Assembly: GCA_963748825.1 (NCBI GenBank)
Contig: CAVVKN010000013.1
Coordinates: forward strand, 33,195-97,194
Origin: Methanotrichaceae archaeon
Lineage (GTDB): Archaea > Halobacteriota > Methanosarcinia > Methanotrichales > Methanotrichaceae
Length of the DNA stretch: 64,000 nt
Direction: 5' to 3'
Part shown: piece after piece, positions 51,118 through 60,630 of the stretch
How the letters are laid out: each line of letters opens with the position of its first letter
How positions within the stretch are numbered: position 1 is the stretch's first letter
Notes under the pieces: generated by a model
Told to the model about the DNA's origin: nothing
The model's input: only the letters and a program-made list of their open reading frames with translations
Databases searched by the model: none
Made by a program: the position numbers and the translations under genes

Positions 51118-51426
51118 ATGGACGACCATCGCAAAAGCTTCGAAGATGAAATCGCCGCAAAAGAGGCGCGCAAGATCAAGGCCCGGCGAGGGAGAGCCAG
51201 AGGCATATGGTTTGGCCTGGGCATGATGGGCGTCATCGGATGGTCTGTGGCAGTCCCGGCTCTTGTAGGAGTCCTGTTGGGTGTTTGGATAGACATCAAT
51301 TATCCTGGACCTGTATCCTGGACGCTTACTCTTCTATTCGTGGGCCTGGCCGTCGGCTGTGTAAACGCCTGGTACTGGGTCAAAAAGGAGCAGAAAGAGA
51401 TTGAGGAGGACAATATCAATGATTAA
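51118..51426 (+). CDS. atpQ: N-ATPase AtpQ (AtpZ/AtpI-like)
   Basis: WFGLGMMGVIGWSVAVP..GVWID..SWTLTLL..GCVNAW. Confidence 0.85.
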   Translation: MDDHRKSFEDEIAAKEARKIKARRGRARGIWFGLGMMGVIGWSVAVPALVGVLLGVWIDINYPGPVSWTLTLLFVGLAVGCVNAWYWVKKEQKEIEEDNIND

Positions 51427-51706
51427 TGCATTTGTGCTCGCTCTGAGCTTTTTCATGGGAACTCTCCTTGGCGTCTTCTACTTTGGCGGCCTGTGGCTGA
51501 CAATAAAGCGCCTCCCTCATTCACAGCAGCCGACTTTATTGAGCCTGGGCAGCTTTTTCGCCAGGTCCCTGGTTTGCATCCTCGGGTTTTATCTGATTAT
51601 TGGCAGCGGCATCGAGGCGCTATTGCTCTCTCTGGCTGGCTTCGTGCTGACCAAGATCGCATTGATTCACAAGCTCTCACTCCGCCCAAAAATGGAGGCG
51701 CAGTGA
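51419..51706 (+). CDS. atpR: N-ATPase AtpR
   Basis: GVFYFGGLWLT, SFFAR, LAGF. Position between atpQ and atpB. Confidence 0.8.
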   Translation: MINAFVLALSFFMGTLLGVFYFGGLWLTIKRLPHSQQPTLLSLGSFFARSLVCILGFYLIIGSGIEALLLSLAGFVLTKIALIHKLSLRPKMEAQ

Positions 51707-51707
51707 A

Positions 51708-52412
51708 ATGGTCCAGATAAATCCTGATGAAGTTATTTATTGGAGCTGGGGGGCTTTCTCACTAAATGAAACGATAGTCAACACCTGGATAGTGATGGCG
51801 CTGCTGATATCCTTCGCCTGGGCTTCAACGCGCCAGCTCTCTATTGATCCGCCACTCTCACATAGGCAAGCCCTGATGGAGACTATTGTCGGTTATATGA
51901 AAAGCGAAATAGCAGAAATTGCCCGCAAAGCTCCCGATCGCTATATCCACTTTTCGGGAACCTTGTTTTTATTTATCTCCGTTTCCAGTCTGCTTGCCAT
52001 AGTTCCTGGCTATCGTACTCCAGCCAGTTCTCTGTCAACGACTCTGGCACTGGCTATATGTGTCTTTTTTGCAGTCCCCATCTATGGTATTGCCGAGAAG
52101 GGAGCTGCCGATTATTTCACGCGCTACATCCAGCCTTCTGTAATTATGCTACCCTTCAATATCATTGGAGAAATTTCTCGCACAATGGCTCTGGCCCTCA
52201 GGCTTTTCGGCAATATGATGAGTCAGAATTTGCTGGTCGCAGTACTGCTTTCCATCGTGCCGTTGTTTTTGCCCGCTGCTATGGACCTTTTTGGTTTGTT
52301 GATCGGGCAGGTACAGGCTTATATTTTTGCCGTTCTGGCTACCGTGTATATCATATCTGGAAGTTCGACAAATGATAAACGAGAGGAAAAATTGTCACCA
52401 AGAGGTGTTTGA
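51708..52412 (+). CDS. atpB: N-ATPase subunit a
   Basis: IVNTW, TLFLFI, PFNIIGEISRTMALALRLFGNM (essential Arg), QAYIF. Confidence 0.92.
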   Translation: MVQINPDEVIYWSWGAFSLNETIVNTWIVMALLISFAWASTRQLSIDPPLSHRQALMETIVGYMKSEIAEIARKAPDRYIHFSGTLFLFISVSSLLAIVPGYRTPASSLSTTLALAICVFFAVPIYGIAEKGAADYFTRYIQPSVIMLPFNIIGEISRTMALALRLFGNMMSQNLLVAVLLSIVPLFLPAAMDLFGLLIGQVQAYIFAVLATVYIISGSSTNDKREEKLSPRGV

Positions 52413-52414
52413 GA

Positions 52415-52681
52415 ATGGCCGCTATTGAGACTATAGGAGTTGCATCTATAATTGTTTCGGGCCTTACTATTGCCATTGGTTCAATTGGACCGGCGATAGG
52501 CGAAGCCTGGGCGCTCTCTCGGGCCTTAAGTGCCATTGCCCAGCAGCCCGACGAGGCCAACACGATAACAAGAACTCTATTCGTGGGCCTTGCCATGGTA
52601 GAATCAACTGCGATTTATTGCTTTGTTATATCCATAATTCTGATCTTCTCCAATCCCTTCTGGGATTATGTGACTCGTTAG
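52415..52681 (+). CDS. atpE: N-ATPase subunit c with Na+-binding signature
   Basis: GSIGPAIGE (helix-1 Glu), AQQP loop, ESTAIY. Confidence 0.93.
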   Translation: MAAIETIGVASIIVSGLTIAIGSIGPAIGEAWALSRALSAIAQQPDEANTITRTLFVGLAMVESTAIYCFVISIILIFSNPFWDYVTR

Positions 52682-52690
52682 GAGGAAATC

Positions 52691-53455
52691 TTGCAAATTG
52701 ATTATTTTACAACTGCCGCCCAGGTTGTGAATTTTGCACTGCTAGTTTTTCTCTTGAAGCACTTTCTGTACAGGCCGCTTCTCAAATTGATGGACGAAAG
52801 AGAGATGAAGATCATCTCACGCCAAAAAGCGGCAGAGGATGCGAAGAGAGAAGCACAAGCAGAGGCGCAGTCTTATCGTAAGAAGAAGGAGGAGCTGTCC
52901 GCTGAGCATGAAGAGCTGCTCGTCAAGGCAAAAGAAGATGCCAAAGAGTTTAGAGCAGATATGATGAAAAAGGCAAGAGATGAGATCGAAGAGACAAAAA
53001 TAGAGTGGCAAAGGGATTTGCAGCGCCAAAAAGATGAGTTAATCGGTGATTTGAGGAAATACAGCGGACAGCAGCTTTATGCCATCTCCAGGCGGGCTCT
53101 GCGGGACCTTGCCAATGAAGATCTGGAACGGCAAATAATGATTGCTTTTATTAATCGCTTAACAAATTTGGAGGAACCCGAAAGGGGGACAATAAAAGAA
53201 TTTCTGAAAGATTCCGAGCAGATTATTACCGTACGAAGCGCCTTTAAAGTTCCTGAGGATATTCAGCAAAAAATTAAGGATGCTCTTACCAGTCATGCCG
53301 AAGCTGATGTGCGTGTGCTATTTGAGATTGAAGATGATTTGATCTCCGGCATGGTGATGAGCGCCAAGAATGTAGAAATTACCTGGAGCATTGCCGGATA
53401 TCTCGATTCTCTGGAAGCTGATTTTTCCCGCTGGCTTGAGAAGAGAGCATTGTAA
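52691..53455 (+). CDS. atpF: N-ATPase subunit b (extended; no separate delta gene)
   Basis: [19 protein letters not shown], coiled coil, C-terminal LISG..WSI..YL. Confidence 0.88.
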   Translation: MQIDYFTTAAQVVNFALLVFLLKHFLYRPLLKLMDEREMKIISRQKAAEDAKREAQAEAQSYRKKKEELSAEHEELLVKAKEDAKEFRADMMKKARDEIEETKIEWQRDLQRQKDELIGDLRKYSGQQLYAISRRALRDLANEDLERQIMIAFINRLTNLEEPERGTIKEFLKDSEQIITVRSAFKVPEDIQQKIKDALTSHAEADVRVLFEIEDDLISGMVMSAKNVEITWSIAGYLDSLEADFSRWLEKRAL

Positions 53456-53475
53456 AACCCAAAGGCTGGAGTAAT

Positions 53476-54987
53476 ATGAAAAGAGATGCTTCGAGAATGC
53501 GGGAAGTTCTGGCCGATACTTTTGCGGCAATTGATCAAAATGTAGGGGTTTATAGGCCCGAGCTGAAGATCGAAGAGATCGGCATGATATCCTTTGTGGG
53601 CAAAGGCATCGTTCGCATCAAAGGACTGCCGAATGCAAAATCAGAGGAGCTCATACGCTTTCCCGGAGACAATTACGGTATAGTCTTCAACCTCGATCCG
53701 GAGGAAGTTGCCGTCATCATGCTGAGTGGAAGTGAAAGCATCAAAGCCAAACAGATCGCGCGCAGAACCGGAAGTATTATGGAAGTGCCTGTGGGCGAGG
53801 AGCTCTTGGGAAGAGTGGTGGACGGCATGGGTAGGCCACTGGACGAAGATGGAAGCATCCAGACCTCACACCGAATGCCCATAGAGAGGGAAGCTCCGAC
53901 GATAATGCAGCGGGCGGCAGTTAATGTTCCTCTTCAGACAGGGATCATAGTGGTTGATGCCATGATTCCCATTGGCCGTGGCCAGCGCGAGCTTATCTTA
54001 GGCGATCGGCAAACCGGCAAAACTTCTATGGCTATTGATACTATTATCAATCAGAGAGATAAAGATGTAATCAGCGTCTATTGTTCCATCGGGCAGGAGA
54101 AATCTGAGGTTGCCCTCGTTGCAGCCGAGCTACACAAAAATGATGCCATGGAAAATTGCATCATTGTCGCAGCTACTGGCGAAGACCCGCCGGCCATGAA
54201 TTTCATTGCCCCATATGCCGGTACCACTATAGCAGAATTCTTTGCTGAGAAGGGGCATGATGTCTTAATTGTTTACGATGATTTGACCCGGCATGCTCGA
54301 GCCTATCGTGAGCTTTCATTGCTGCTTCGCCGTCCTCCTGGGAGGGAGGCCTTTCCGGGCGACATATTTTACATACATTCCCGGCTCTTAGAGAGGGCGG
54401 CACGTTACCGTAACGGCGGATCCCTCACGGCACTGCCCATCATTGAGACCCAGGCCCAGGACATTTCCGCCTATATCCCCACCAATCTTATCTCCATCAC
54501 CGATGGCCAGATTTACCTCTCGCCGGAGCTTTTTAGAAAAGGGATCTTGCCGGCGGTTGATGTAGGCCTGTCGGTATCCCGCGTGGGCGGGAAGAGCCAG
54601 CTACCTGCCTTTGCTGAGGTTGCCGGTGCTTTGCGACTCACATATTCGCAATTCGAGGGTCTGGAGGTCTACACCAGGTTTGGCACCCGGCTTGATGAGG
54701 AGACCCAGAAGATTTTGCAGCGTGGGCGACGAATACGCGAGGTCTTGAAGCAGTCCCAATTTGATCCTATGCCCGCCCCGGAGCAGATAGCAATTCTCCT
54801 GGCGGCAACCGAAGGAATCCTGGACAGGCATCATTTGAATGAGGTTGCATCGGCAAAGGTAAAGATGGCAAGAGCCTTTCGCGAAAAGCTGCCTCGCCTG
54901 AATGAATTGATTGCATCGGGCCAAAAGTTAAGCCATGAAGATCGCGAATTGATCCTAAAGACATTTACAGAAATTCTTCAGACATAG
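53476..54987 (+). CDS. atpA: N-ATPase subunit alpha
   Basis: [46 protein letters not shown]. Confidence 0.95.
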   Translation: MKRDASRMREVLADTFAAIDQNVGVYRPELKIEEIGMISFVGKGIVRIKGLPNAKSEELIRFPGDNYGIVFNLDPEEVAVIMLSGSESIKAKQIARRTGSIMEVPVGEELLGRVVDGMGRPLDEDGSIQTSHRMPIEREAPTIMQRAAVNVPLQTGIIVVDAMIPIGRGQRELILGDRQTGKTSMAIDTIINQRDKDVISVYCSIGQEKSEVALVAAELHKNDAMENCIIVAATGEDPPAMNFIAPYAGTTIAEFFAEKGHDVLIVYDDLTRHARAYRELSLLLRRPPGREAFPGDIFYIHSRLLERAARYRNGGSLTALPIIETQAQDISAYIPTNLISITDGQIYLSPELFRKGILPAVDVGLSVSRVGGKSQLPAFAEVAGALRLTYSQFEGLEVYTRFGTRLDEETQKILQRGRRIREVLKQSQFDPMPAPEQIAILLAATEGILDRHHLNEVASAKVKMARAFREKLPRLNELIASGQKLSHEDRELILKTFTEILQT

Positions 54988-54995
54988 GTGGCAAT

Positions 54996-55880
54996 ATGGC
55001 AGAGCTTGAAAAAGCGAAAAGAAGGATTAAAAACGCCATCGAATTGCAATCTGTAGTCAAAATCATGAAGGCAATTTCTTCGGCAAATATTCAGGAATAT
55101 GAAGAGTCGGTGCGCTCTCTTAGTGAGTACAATAAAACCATCGAACTCGGCCTGCAAATCATATTGCAAAATAATAAAAAGTTCTTAGCATCTAAACGAG
55201 AGGATAAAAAAAGAAGTCTGGGTGCAGTGGTCTTCGGCTCGGAGCAGGGGCTATGCGGCAAGTTCAACGAGATCGTTGCCCGCTATGCATTAGACCGGAT
55301 AGCTGAGGTGGAGCATGAAGAGCGAAAGGTTCTGGCTGTTGGCGGACGCGTCTTCGCCCGTCTCGAAGATGCGGGCCAATCGGTCGAGGCTCATTTTTCT
55401 TTTTCGGGGGATTTTCTGGGCATAGCGGAGGTTATGGCAGAGGTGCTGGCGAAGATTGATCAGTGGCGCCTGGAAAGCGATGTCAACCAGATTGTTCTCT
55501 TTTACAATCGGCCCAATGCTGGCATCGCAGGAGCATTTAGCCCTCAAATGGCCTATCTCTTTCCTATTGACGTCAAATGGCTTGCCGGCCTGGCCGAAAG
55601 AGAATGGCATTCGCGGTCTTTGCCCACCTATTCCATGGACACAGATCTACTCTTCTCATCCTTAATCCGAGAGCATCTATTTTTCTCTCTTTACCGTGCA
55701 TTCGTAGAATCACTTGCCAGCGAGAATTCCAGCAGGCTTTCGTCTATGCAGGCTGCAGAGAGAAACATAGAGGAGCACTTGACAGAGTTATTGGCCAATT
55801 ACAGAAAGCAGCGTCAAGAAGCCATCTCTTCGGAACTGCTTGACATCTTGACAGGATATGAGGCGCTGGCTTCCAAGTGA
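54996..55880 (+). CDS. atpG: N-ATPase subunit gamma
   Basis: VVKIMKAIS, FGSEQGLCG, SENSSRL..MQAAE.NI, RQEAISSEL. Confidence 0.92.
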   Translation: MAELEKAKRRIKNAIELQSVVKIMKAISSANIQEYEESVRSLSEYNKTIELGLQIILQNNKKFLASKREDKKRSLGAVVFGSEQGLCGKFNEIVARYALDRIAEVEHEERKVLAVGGRVFARLEDAGQSVEAHFSFSGDFLGIAEVMAEVLAKIDQWRLESDVNQIVLFYNRPNAGIAGAFSPQMAYLFPIDVKWLAGLAEREWHSRSLPTYSMDTDLLFSSLIREHLFFSLYRAFVESLASENSSRLSSMQAAERNIEEHLTELLANYRKQRQEAISSELLDILTGYEALASK

Positions 55881-55932
55881 CGTTATATTTAGTATTATCC
55901 ATATTATCATATTATATATTTATTTTAAACAC

Positions 55933-55960
55933 AATACCCCGCAGCCTGCTGCGGGGTATT
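55933..55960. repeat. Perfect inverted repeat AATACCCCGCAGC-CT-GCTGCGGGGTATT
   Basis: 13-bp arms read directly. It lies after atpG and an AT-rich spacer, and could be a terminator or an IS200/IS605/REP-type end hairpin. Confidence 0.75.
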
Positions 55961-55964
55961 ACGC

Positions 55965-56217
55965 TTAAAAATAAATCCCCTTCAGCCGGCTGGAAAATTG
56001 CGCTATGTCCTTGAGGGCGGTCAGGACCAGGTAGATCTGCGATCTTCCACTGAACCGATGAAAACGACGTTCTAAGCCTGACCGTGATCAGGCTCTATAC
56101 TTGGCCTAGCCTTAGAGGTCGCTGCCGTCCTGGTTGAGAACCATGATCATGATCAACTGGCCGTTCTCAATTCCGAATACCGACCAGATGTAGCTCAGGC
56201 TGGGGAAGTAGCTGGGC
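55965..56217 (-). pseudogene. Decayed paralog of the adjacent secreted protein (56430..57134)
   Basis: Minus strand reads PSLSYIWSVFGIENGQLIMIMVLNQDGSDL*G*AKY / EPDHGQA*NVVFIGSV / QIYLVLTALKD..SRLKGIY, versus PNLNYIWSFTGIESDSITMALNQEGSELYGQAKFEPEGGKAWNADVVGSV..VELTLTAQKD..TKMTGTY. It has 3 internal stops and 2 frameshifts. Confidence 0.8.
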
Positions 56218-56429
56218 TCGCTTTCGTTGCAGAAAGCAACCATAGATGCTGCCTACAAGGCGGTCTCATTGCTCGAATCATTCAAAGGCAGCCTCGGAGA
56301 CGGGCAGGCTGTAAAGTAAAGATGGTCATGAGCCCTGACAATAAAAACTCTCTGAGCCTCACCGCAATTGAGTGGAAAAAGAAAATGAAAAAAGATGCTG
56401 CACCGAAATTCCCGGCGCTCAAAATCCCA

Positions 56430-57134
56430 CTAATTTAGCCCGCTTCCGCCCATGCCGGGTGGAACGCCGCTCATATCGCCGCCAGGTCCGATCTTATCCT
56501 TATACTGGCGAACGTCAACGAACCTTGAGGCAGGCTTTGCCGTCTGCTCCTCAGATGCATCCGAGGCAGCAGTGCTGTCAACAACGGCAGGCGCCGGTGT
56601 CTCTACTTTGGGCTCCGCGATGATTGCGGGAGTGTAGCTGGATGTATCAGGGTTGATCCACATGGCGCTGAAGGTGCCGCTGCCCACTTTCTTTCCGCCG
56701 CTGATCTGAGTGAAATTGCCGTTGATGTTATCATTGGCATAGGTGCCGGTCATCTTGGTGGTGATAAGCTCCTTGTCCTTCTGAGCGGTCAATGTCAGCT
56801 CTACCTCGTTTCCTGTTACAGAACCCACAACGTCCGCATTCCAGGCTTTTCCACCTTCGGGCTCAAACTTGGCCTGGCCGTAGAGCTCGCTTCCTTCCTG
56901 ATTAAGGGCCATGGTAATGGAGTCGCTCTCTATGCCTGTAAAAGACCAGATGTAGTTTAGATTGGGTCCAGTACCTGCCTGTGTGGCATTGGCAGCACCC
57001 GTCTCGTTCACCGGGATACTTTCATTTGTCGCAATGGTCTCAGTAATACTCGTATTGTTGTCGGTCTGCCCCAGGGACAGGCCGGTGAAGAGGGATACAA
57101 GCAGTAGAGAAAGAATCATGCCTTTTTTATTCAA
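56430..57134 (-). CDS. Secreted beta-rich hypothetical protein
   Basis: Signal peptide, NxT sites, beta-strand domain, P/A/S/T-rich linker. GGAGG SD before TTG. Confidence 0.75.
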   Translation of the reverse strand: MNKKGMILSLLLVSLFTGLSLGQTDNNTSITETIATNESIPVNETGAANATQAGTGPNLNYIWSFTGIESDSITMALNQEGSELYGQAKFEPEGGKAWNADVVGSVTGNEVELTLTAQKDKELITTKMTGTYANDNINGNFTQISGGKKVGSGTFSAMWINPDTSSYTPAIIAEPKVETPAPAVVDSTAASDASEEQTAKPASRFVDVRQYKDKIGPGGDMSGVPPGMGGSGLN

Positions 57135-57304
57135 TAATATGCCTCCGATATACTTCCACTTTTCAGCGATAGGCTTTTCGTCATTTGCCTATAACACAAC
57201 CCTGTCTAACCTTCTCCTTTATAAGCTTTTCACATGCATATATACTGTACCTGTACCATCAATTAATAACTGCGCAGTACAATGGACCGTAAGGTGAATT
57301 TGCT

Positions 57305-57607
57305 TTGAATAGTGGCCGACTTCTCGTCAAGATAAACCGAATCTGTGCATGGATGCTTCTCATCTTCATGATCATCTTCCTCATATCAGGATATGCCTGG
57401 TGGAACAGGACATTGCTGCCCCTGCAGCAGGCCACATATATGCACACGAAGCTGGACTTATACCTGGTCTTCTTCTTCCTGGTGCATGTGCTGATCAGCA
57501 TTAAATTCGCTTTGGCGCGCTGGAGGGTGGGCCACGCTCAGATGGTTAATTTGCTGCTCATAGTAATCGGCATTCTATCATTCTGGTTTGTCCTTAGCAT
57601 CCGATGA
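57305..57607 (+). CDS. Small 3-TM membrane protein with conserved-looking His residues
   Basis: ISGY, YMH, FLVH pattern reminiscent of DUF4405/cytochrome b-like proteins. Confidence 0.55.
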   Translation: MNSGRLLVKINRICAWMLLIFMIIFLISGYAWWNRTLLPLQQATYMHTKLDLYLVFFFLVHVLISIKFALARWRVGHAQMVNLLLIVIGILSFWFVLSIR

Positions 57608-57729
57608 CTACTCCCGCCAATGAATGGACGGGGATTAGCCCCTTTTCGTCCCAAAAATTCTGAGGGCGGACGCTTCACATTTTTTTTGCATCGCTCACTT
57701 CGTCGGCTACAGGGCACCGCAAAGCTTAT

Positions 57730-57758
57730 CTAACCTAGTGTTACTAACTTAAAGTTCA
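57730..57758 (+). promoter_or_regulatory. Tandem HSR1-type operator CTAAC-N5-GTTAC / CTAAC-N5-GTTCA
   Basis: CTAAC CTAGT GTTAC (57730-57744) and CTAAC TTAAA GTTCA (57744-57758), directly after AAAGCTTAT and upstream of the regulator gene. Confidence 0.65.
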
Positions 57759-57774
57759 ATAAAGTAATAATCGA

Positions 57775-58404
57775 GTGATGATATTGGATCCAGTTGAGCT
57801 CTTAGATATCCTGGGAAACGAAAATAGAAGGCGCATACTTCAACTCCTCTCTTTTCGCCCTTTTTACTTCAACGAGATGGCCAAGCGGCTGGATGTCGGG
57901 CCCAAGGCGGTCATCGACCATCTGGTGATGCTGGAGAGAGCCGGCCTGGTGGAATGCTATCAAGACCAGGGAAGAAGAAAGTACTTCCGAATAGTCAGAA
58001 AGACGGTCCTGGAGGTGGCGGTCTCGCCTCATTCTTATGGAGTGCGAGCCTTTTTCTCCGAGGACGCACCAAAGGTAGAAGATAGTGGATTGGTTCAGGA
58101 CATGAAGCTTTTGCGCGACGAGCTCTCAACCCTAGAGGAAAAGAGGCTTGAACTGCGCACACTCTTGGACCAGATCGAATCTCGAGAAATGGAGATCAAA
58201 CAGATAGCTTGCAGTGCGGCCAAAAGCTATGGGCAAAACCAGTTGGAGGCAGAAATTCTGACGGCACTCCTCTCCGGCAATGCTGATGCTTCGCGTCTGG
58301 CCATGAAGCTGGAAGTTCCAGAAATCTTGGTTTTGGACCGGCTAAAGAGGCTGGAAGAGCGCGGCGTTGTGCATTTGAAAAACCAGGAATGGAGCATCAG
58401 ATAA
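57775..58404 (+). CDS. ArsR-like heat-shock regulator (HSR1/Phr-type)
   Basis: [51 protein letters not shown], plus a coiled coil. Upstream of cdc48. Confidence 0.75.
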   Translation: MMILDPVELLDILGNENRRRILQLLSFRPFYFNEMAKRLDVGPKAVIDHLVMLERAGLVECYQDQGRRKYFRIVRKTVLEVAVSPHSYGVRAFFSEDAPKVEDSGLVQDMKLLRDELSTLEEKRLELRTLLDQIESREMEIKQIACSAAKSYGQNQLEAEILTALLSGNADASRLAMKLEVPEILVLDRLKRLEERGVVHLKNQEWSIR

Positions 58405-60617
58405 TGGAGATGGAAGGGACGAGCATAGAGCCGGTCTTGGAAGAATCGGAAAAGGTTATCTCTCTGCAACTTCGGGTTGCTGAAGCCTACCACAAAGACG
58501 CGGGAAAGGGCGTGGCCAGGATTGGGGCGGTTGCCATGGCCTCCCTCTCCCTGGAAAACGGTGGGGTGGTGGAGATCAAAGGAAAAGATAAGGTCTTCGC
58601 CATAGCCTGGCCAGGAAACCCTGACGATCCCCAGGATCTCATCAGAATTGACGGGAATACCCGCGCCAACTTGGGTGCGGGGATAGACAGCAAAGTCGTT
58701 GTCACCCGCGCCGAGGCAAGACCCGCCCGAAAGATCGTTGTCGCTCCTACGCGCCAGATCCGGCTCATGGGCGGTCCGCAGTACTTGCTTCGCATGCTGC
58801 AAGGAAGGGCAGTTGTCAAGGGTGAGATGCTGCGCGTGGAGATGATCAACAGCAGCCTCAACCTGGCCGTGGTCAGCACAATGCCTGCCGGCGCGGTGAT
58901 TGTAACTTCCGAGACCATAATCAGCATAACCAGGGAGACTTTAGAAGAGCTGGCACTGCAAGTGCGGGATATCTCCTACGAGGATATCGGCGGCCTTTCC
59001 CGGGAGATCAGAGAGATCAGAGAGATGGTTGAAGTTCCCCTGCGCCATCCTGAGCTTTTCTCTCGCCTGGGCATTAATCCACCTCGTGGGGTGCTGCTGC
59101 ACGGACCGCCCGGCACGGGAAAGACGCTCATCGCCCGGGCTGTGGCCAGCGAGACCGATGCCAACTTCATATCCATCTCAGGTCCTGAGATCGTCTCCAA
59201 GTTCTATGGAGAAAGCGAGCAGCGGCTGCGCCAGATCTTCGAGGAGGCCGCCAAGAGCGCCCCTTCCATTATCTTCATCGATGAGATCGACTCCATCGCC
59301 CCCAAACGCGAGGAGGTGTCCGGCGACCTGGAGAGACGTGTGGTGGCTCAGCTCCTGGCCCTTATGGACGGCCTTTCCTCCCGGGGAGAGGTAATAGTAA
59401 TTGCAGCCACCAACAGGCCTAATGCCCTTGATCCTGCCATCCGCCGGGGCGGTCGCTTCGATAGAGAGATTGAGATCGGCATTCCCAGTAAAACCGGCCG
59501 GCTGGAGGTGCTCTATGTTCATACCAGGGGCATGCCCCTTGACGCGTCCCTGGATCTGAAAGAGATCGCAGATGCCACGCATGGCTTCGTTGGGGCGGAC
59601 CTTTATGCTCTCTGCAAAGAGGCGGCCATGCGAACACTGGAGAGGGCGCTTCCCGACCTGGATGTGAGCGAGGACATACCAGCCGAGATAGTGGATAGCC
59701 TTCGGGTTACCAAAGAGGACTTCCGAGATGCCTTAAAGAAAATAGAGCCCTCCGCCATGAGAGAAGTATTCGTGGAGGTGGCAGAGGTACACTGGGATGA
59801 AGTGGGCGGCCTGGAGGAAGTCAAGCAGTCACTCATCGAGGCCGTGGAGTGGCCGCTGACGTATCCGGAAGCTTTTGTAGCTGTGGGCGTTCGGCCTGCG
59901 CGTGGCATCCTTCTTTACGGCCTGCCGGGAACGGGCAAGACCCTCCTGGTAAGAGCTTTAGCTACCGAGAGTAATTTGAACTTCATCAGCGTCAAAGGCC
60001 CGGAACTTCTCAGCAAATGGGTAGGCGAATCGGAGCGCGCCGTAAGGGAGATCTTCCGCAAAGCTCGCCAGGCGGCTCCGGCCTTGGTGTTCTTCGATGA
60101 GATAGATTCCATGGTTCCGAGCCGGGGCAGCGGATCGGAAACGAATGTTACAGAGCGAGTGGTCAGCCAATTCCTAACCGAGCTGGATGGCCTGGTGCAG
60201 CTTAAAGATGTGGTAATAGTAGCGGCAACCAACCGACCGGACCTCCTGGATAGCTCAATGCTCCGTCCCGGCAGATTCGATCGTTTGATTTATATTCCCA
60301 TGCCGGACAACCAGGCAAGAAAGAGAATACTGGAGATTTATCTGTCCCGCATGGCGGCCTCCGGTATCTCTGCATCGTGGCTGGCCGAGATGACACAAGA
60401 CTTTTCCGGTGCAGATTTAGAGATGCTCTGCCGGGAAGCGGGGATGCTTGCTTTAAAAGAGCATATAAAGATCGGCATGAAAAGAGAAGAATTGATCATT
60501 GATAGGATACTGGTTACGCGAGAGCATTTCCAAAGAGCGCATGAGCTTATTAAGCCCCATCTGTCCAAAGGCATGCGGGAAGAATACCTTAAAATGATCC
60601 AAGATTTCAAAGGCTAA
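58389..60617 (+). CDS. cdc48: CDC48/VAT family AAA ATPase
   Basis: N-domain DAGKGVARI, two AAA modules ([13 protein letters not shown] and [13 protein letters not shown]), RPGRFD. Confidence 0.95.
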   Translation: MEHQIMEMEGTSIEPVLEESEKVISLQLRVAEAYHKDAGKGVARIGAVAMASLSLENGGVVEIKGKDKVFAIAWPGNPDDPQDLIRIDGNTRANLGAGIDSKVVVTRAEARPARKIVVAPTRQIRLMGGPQYLLRMLQGRAVVKGEMLRVEMINSSLNLAVVSTMPAGAVIVTSETIISITRETLEELALQVRDISYEDIGGLSREIREIREMVEVPLRHPELFSRLGINPPRGVLLHGPPGTGKTLIARAVASETDANFISISGPEIVSKFYGESEQRLRQIFEEAAKSAPSIIFIDEIDSIAPKREEVSGDLERRVVAQLLALMDGLSSRGEVIVIAATNRPNALDPAIRRGGRFDREIEIGIPSKTGRLEVLYVHTRGMPLDASLDLKEIADATHGFVGADLYALCKEAAMRTLERALPDLDVSEDIPAEIVDSLRVTKEDFRDALKKIEPSAMREVFVEVAEVHWDEVGGLEEVKQSLIEAVEWPLTYPEAFVAVGVRPARGILLYGLPGTGKTLLVRALATESNLNFISVKGPELLSKWVGESERAVREIFRKARQAAPALVFFDEIDSMVPSRGSGSETNVTERVVSQFLTELDGLVQLKDVVIVAATNRPDLLDSSMLRPGRFDRLIYIPMPDNQARKRILEIYLSRMAASGISASWLAEMTQDFSGADLEMLCREAGMLALKEHIKIGMKREELIIDRILVTREHFQRAHELIKPHLSKGMREEYLKMIQDFKG

Positions 60618-60630
60618 TTTCAAAGAACAG

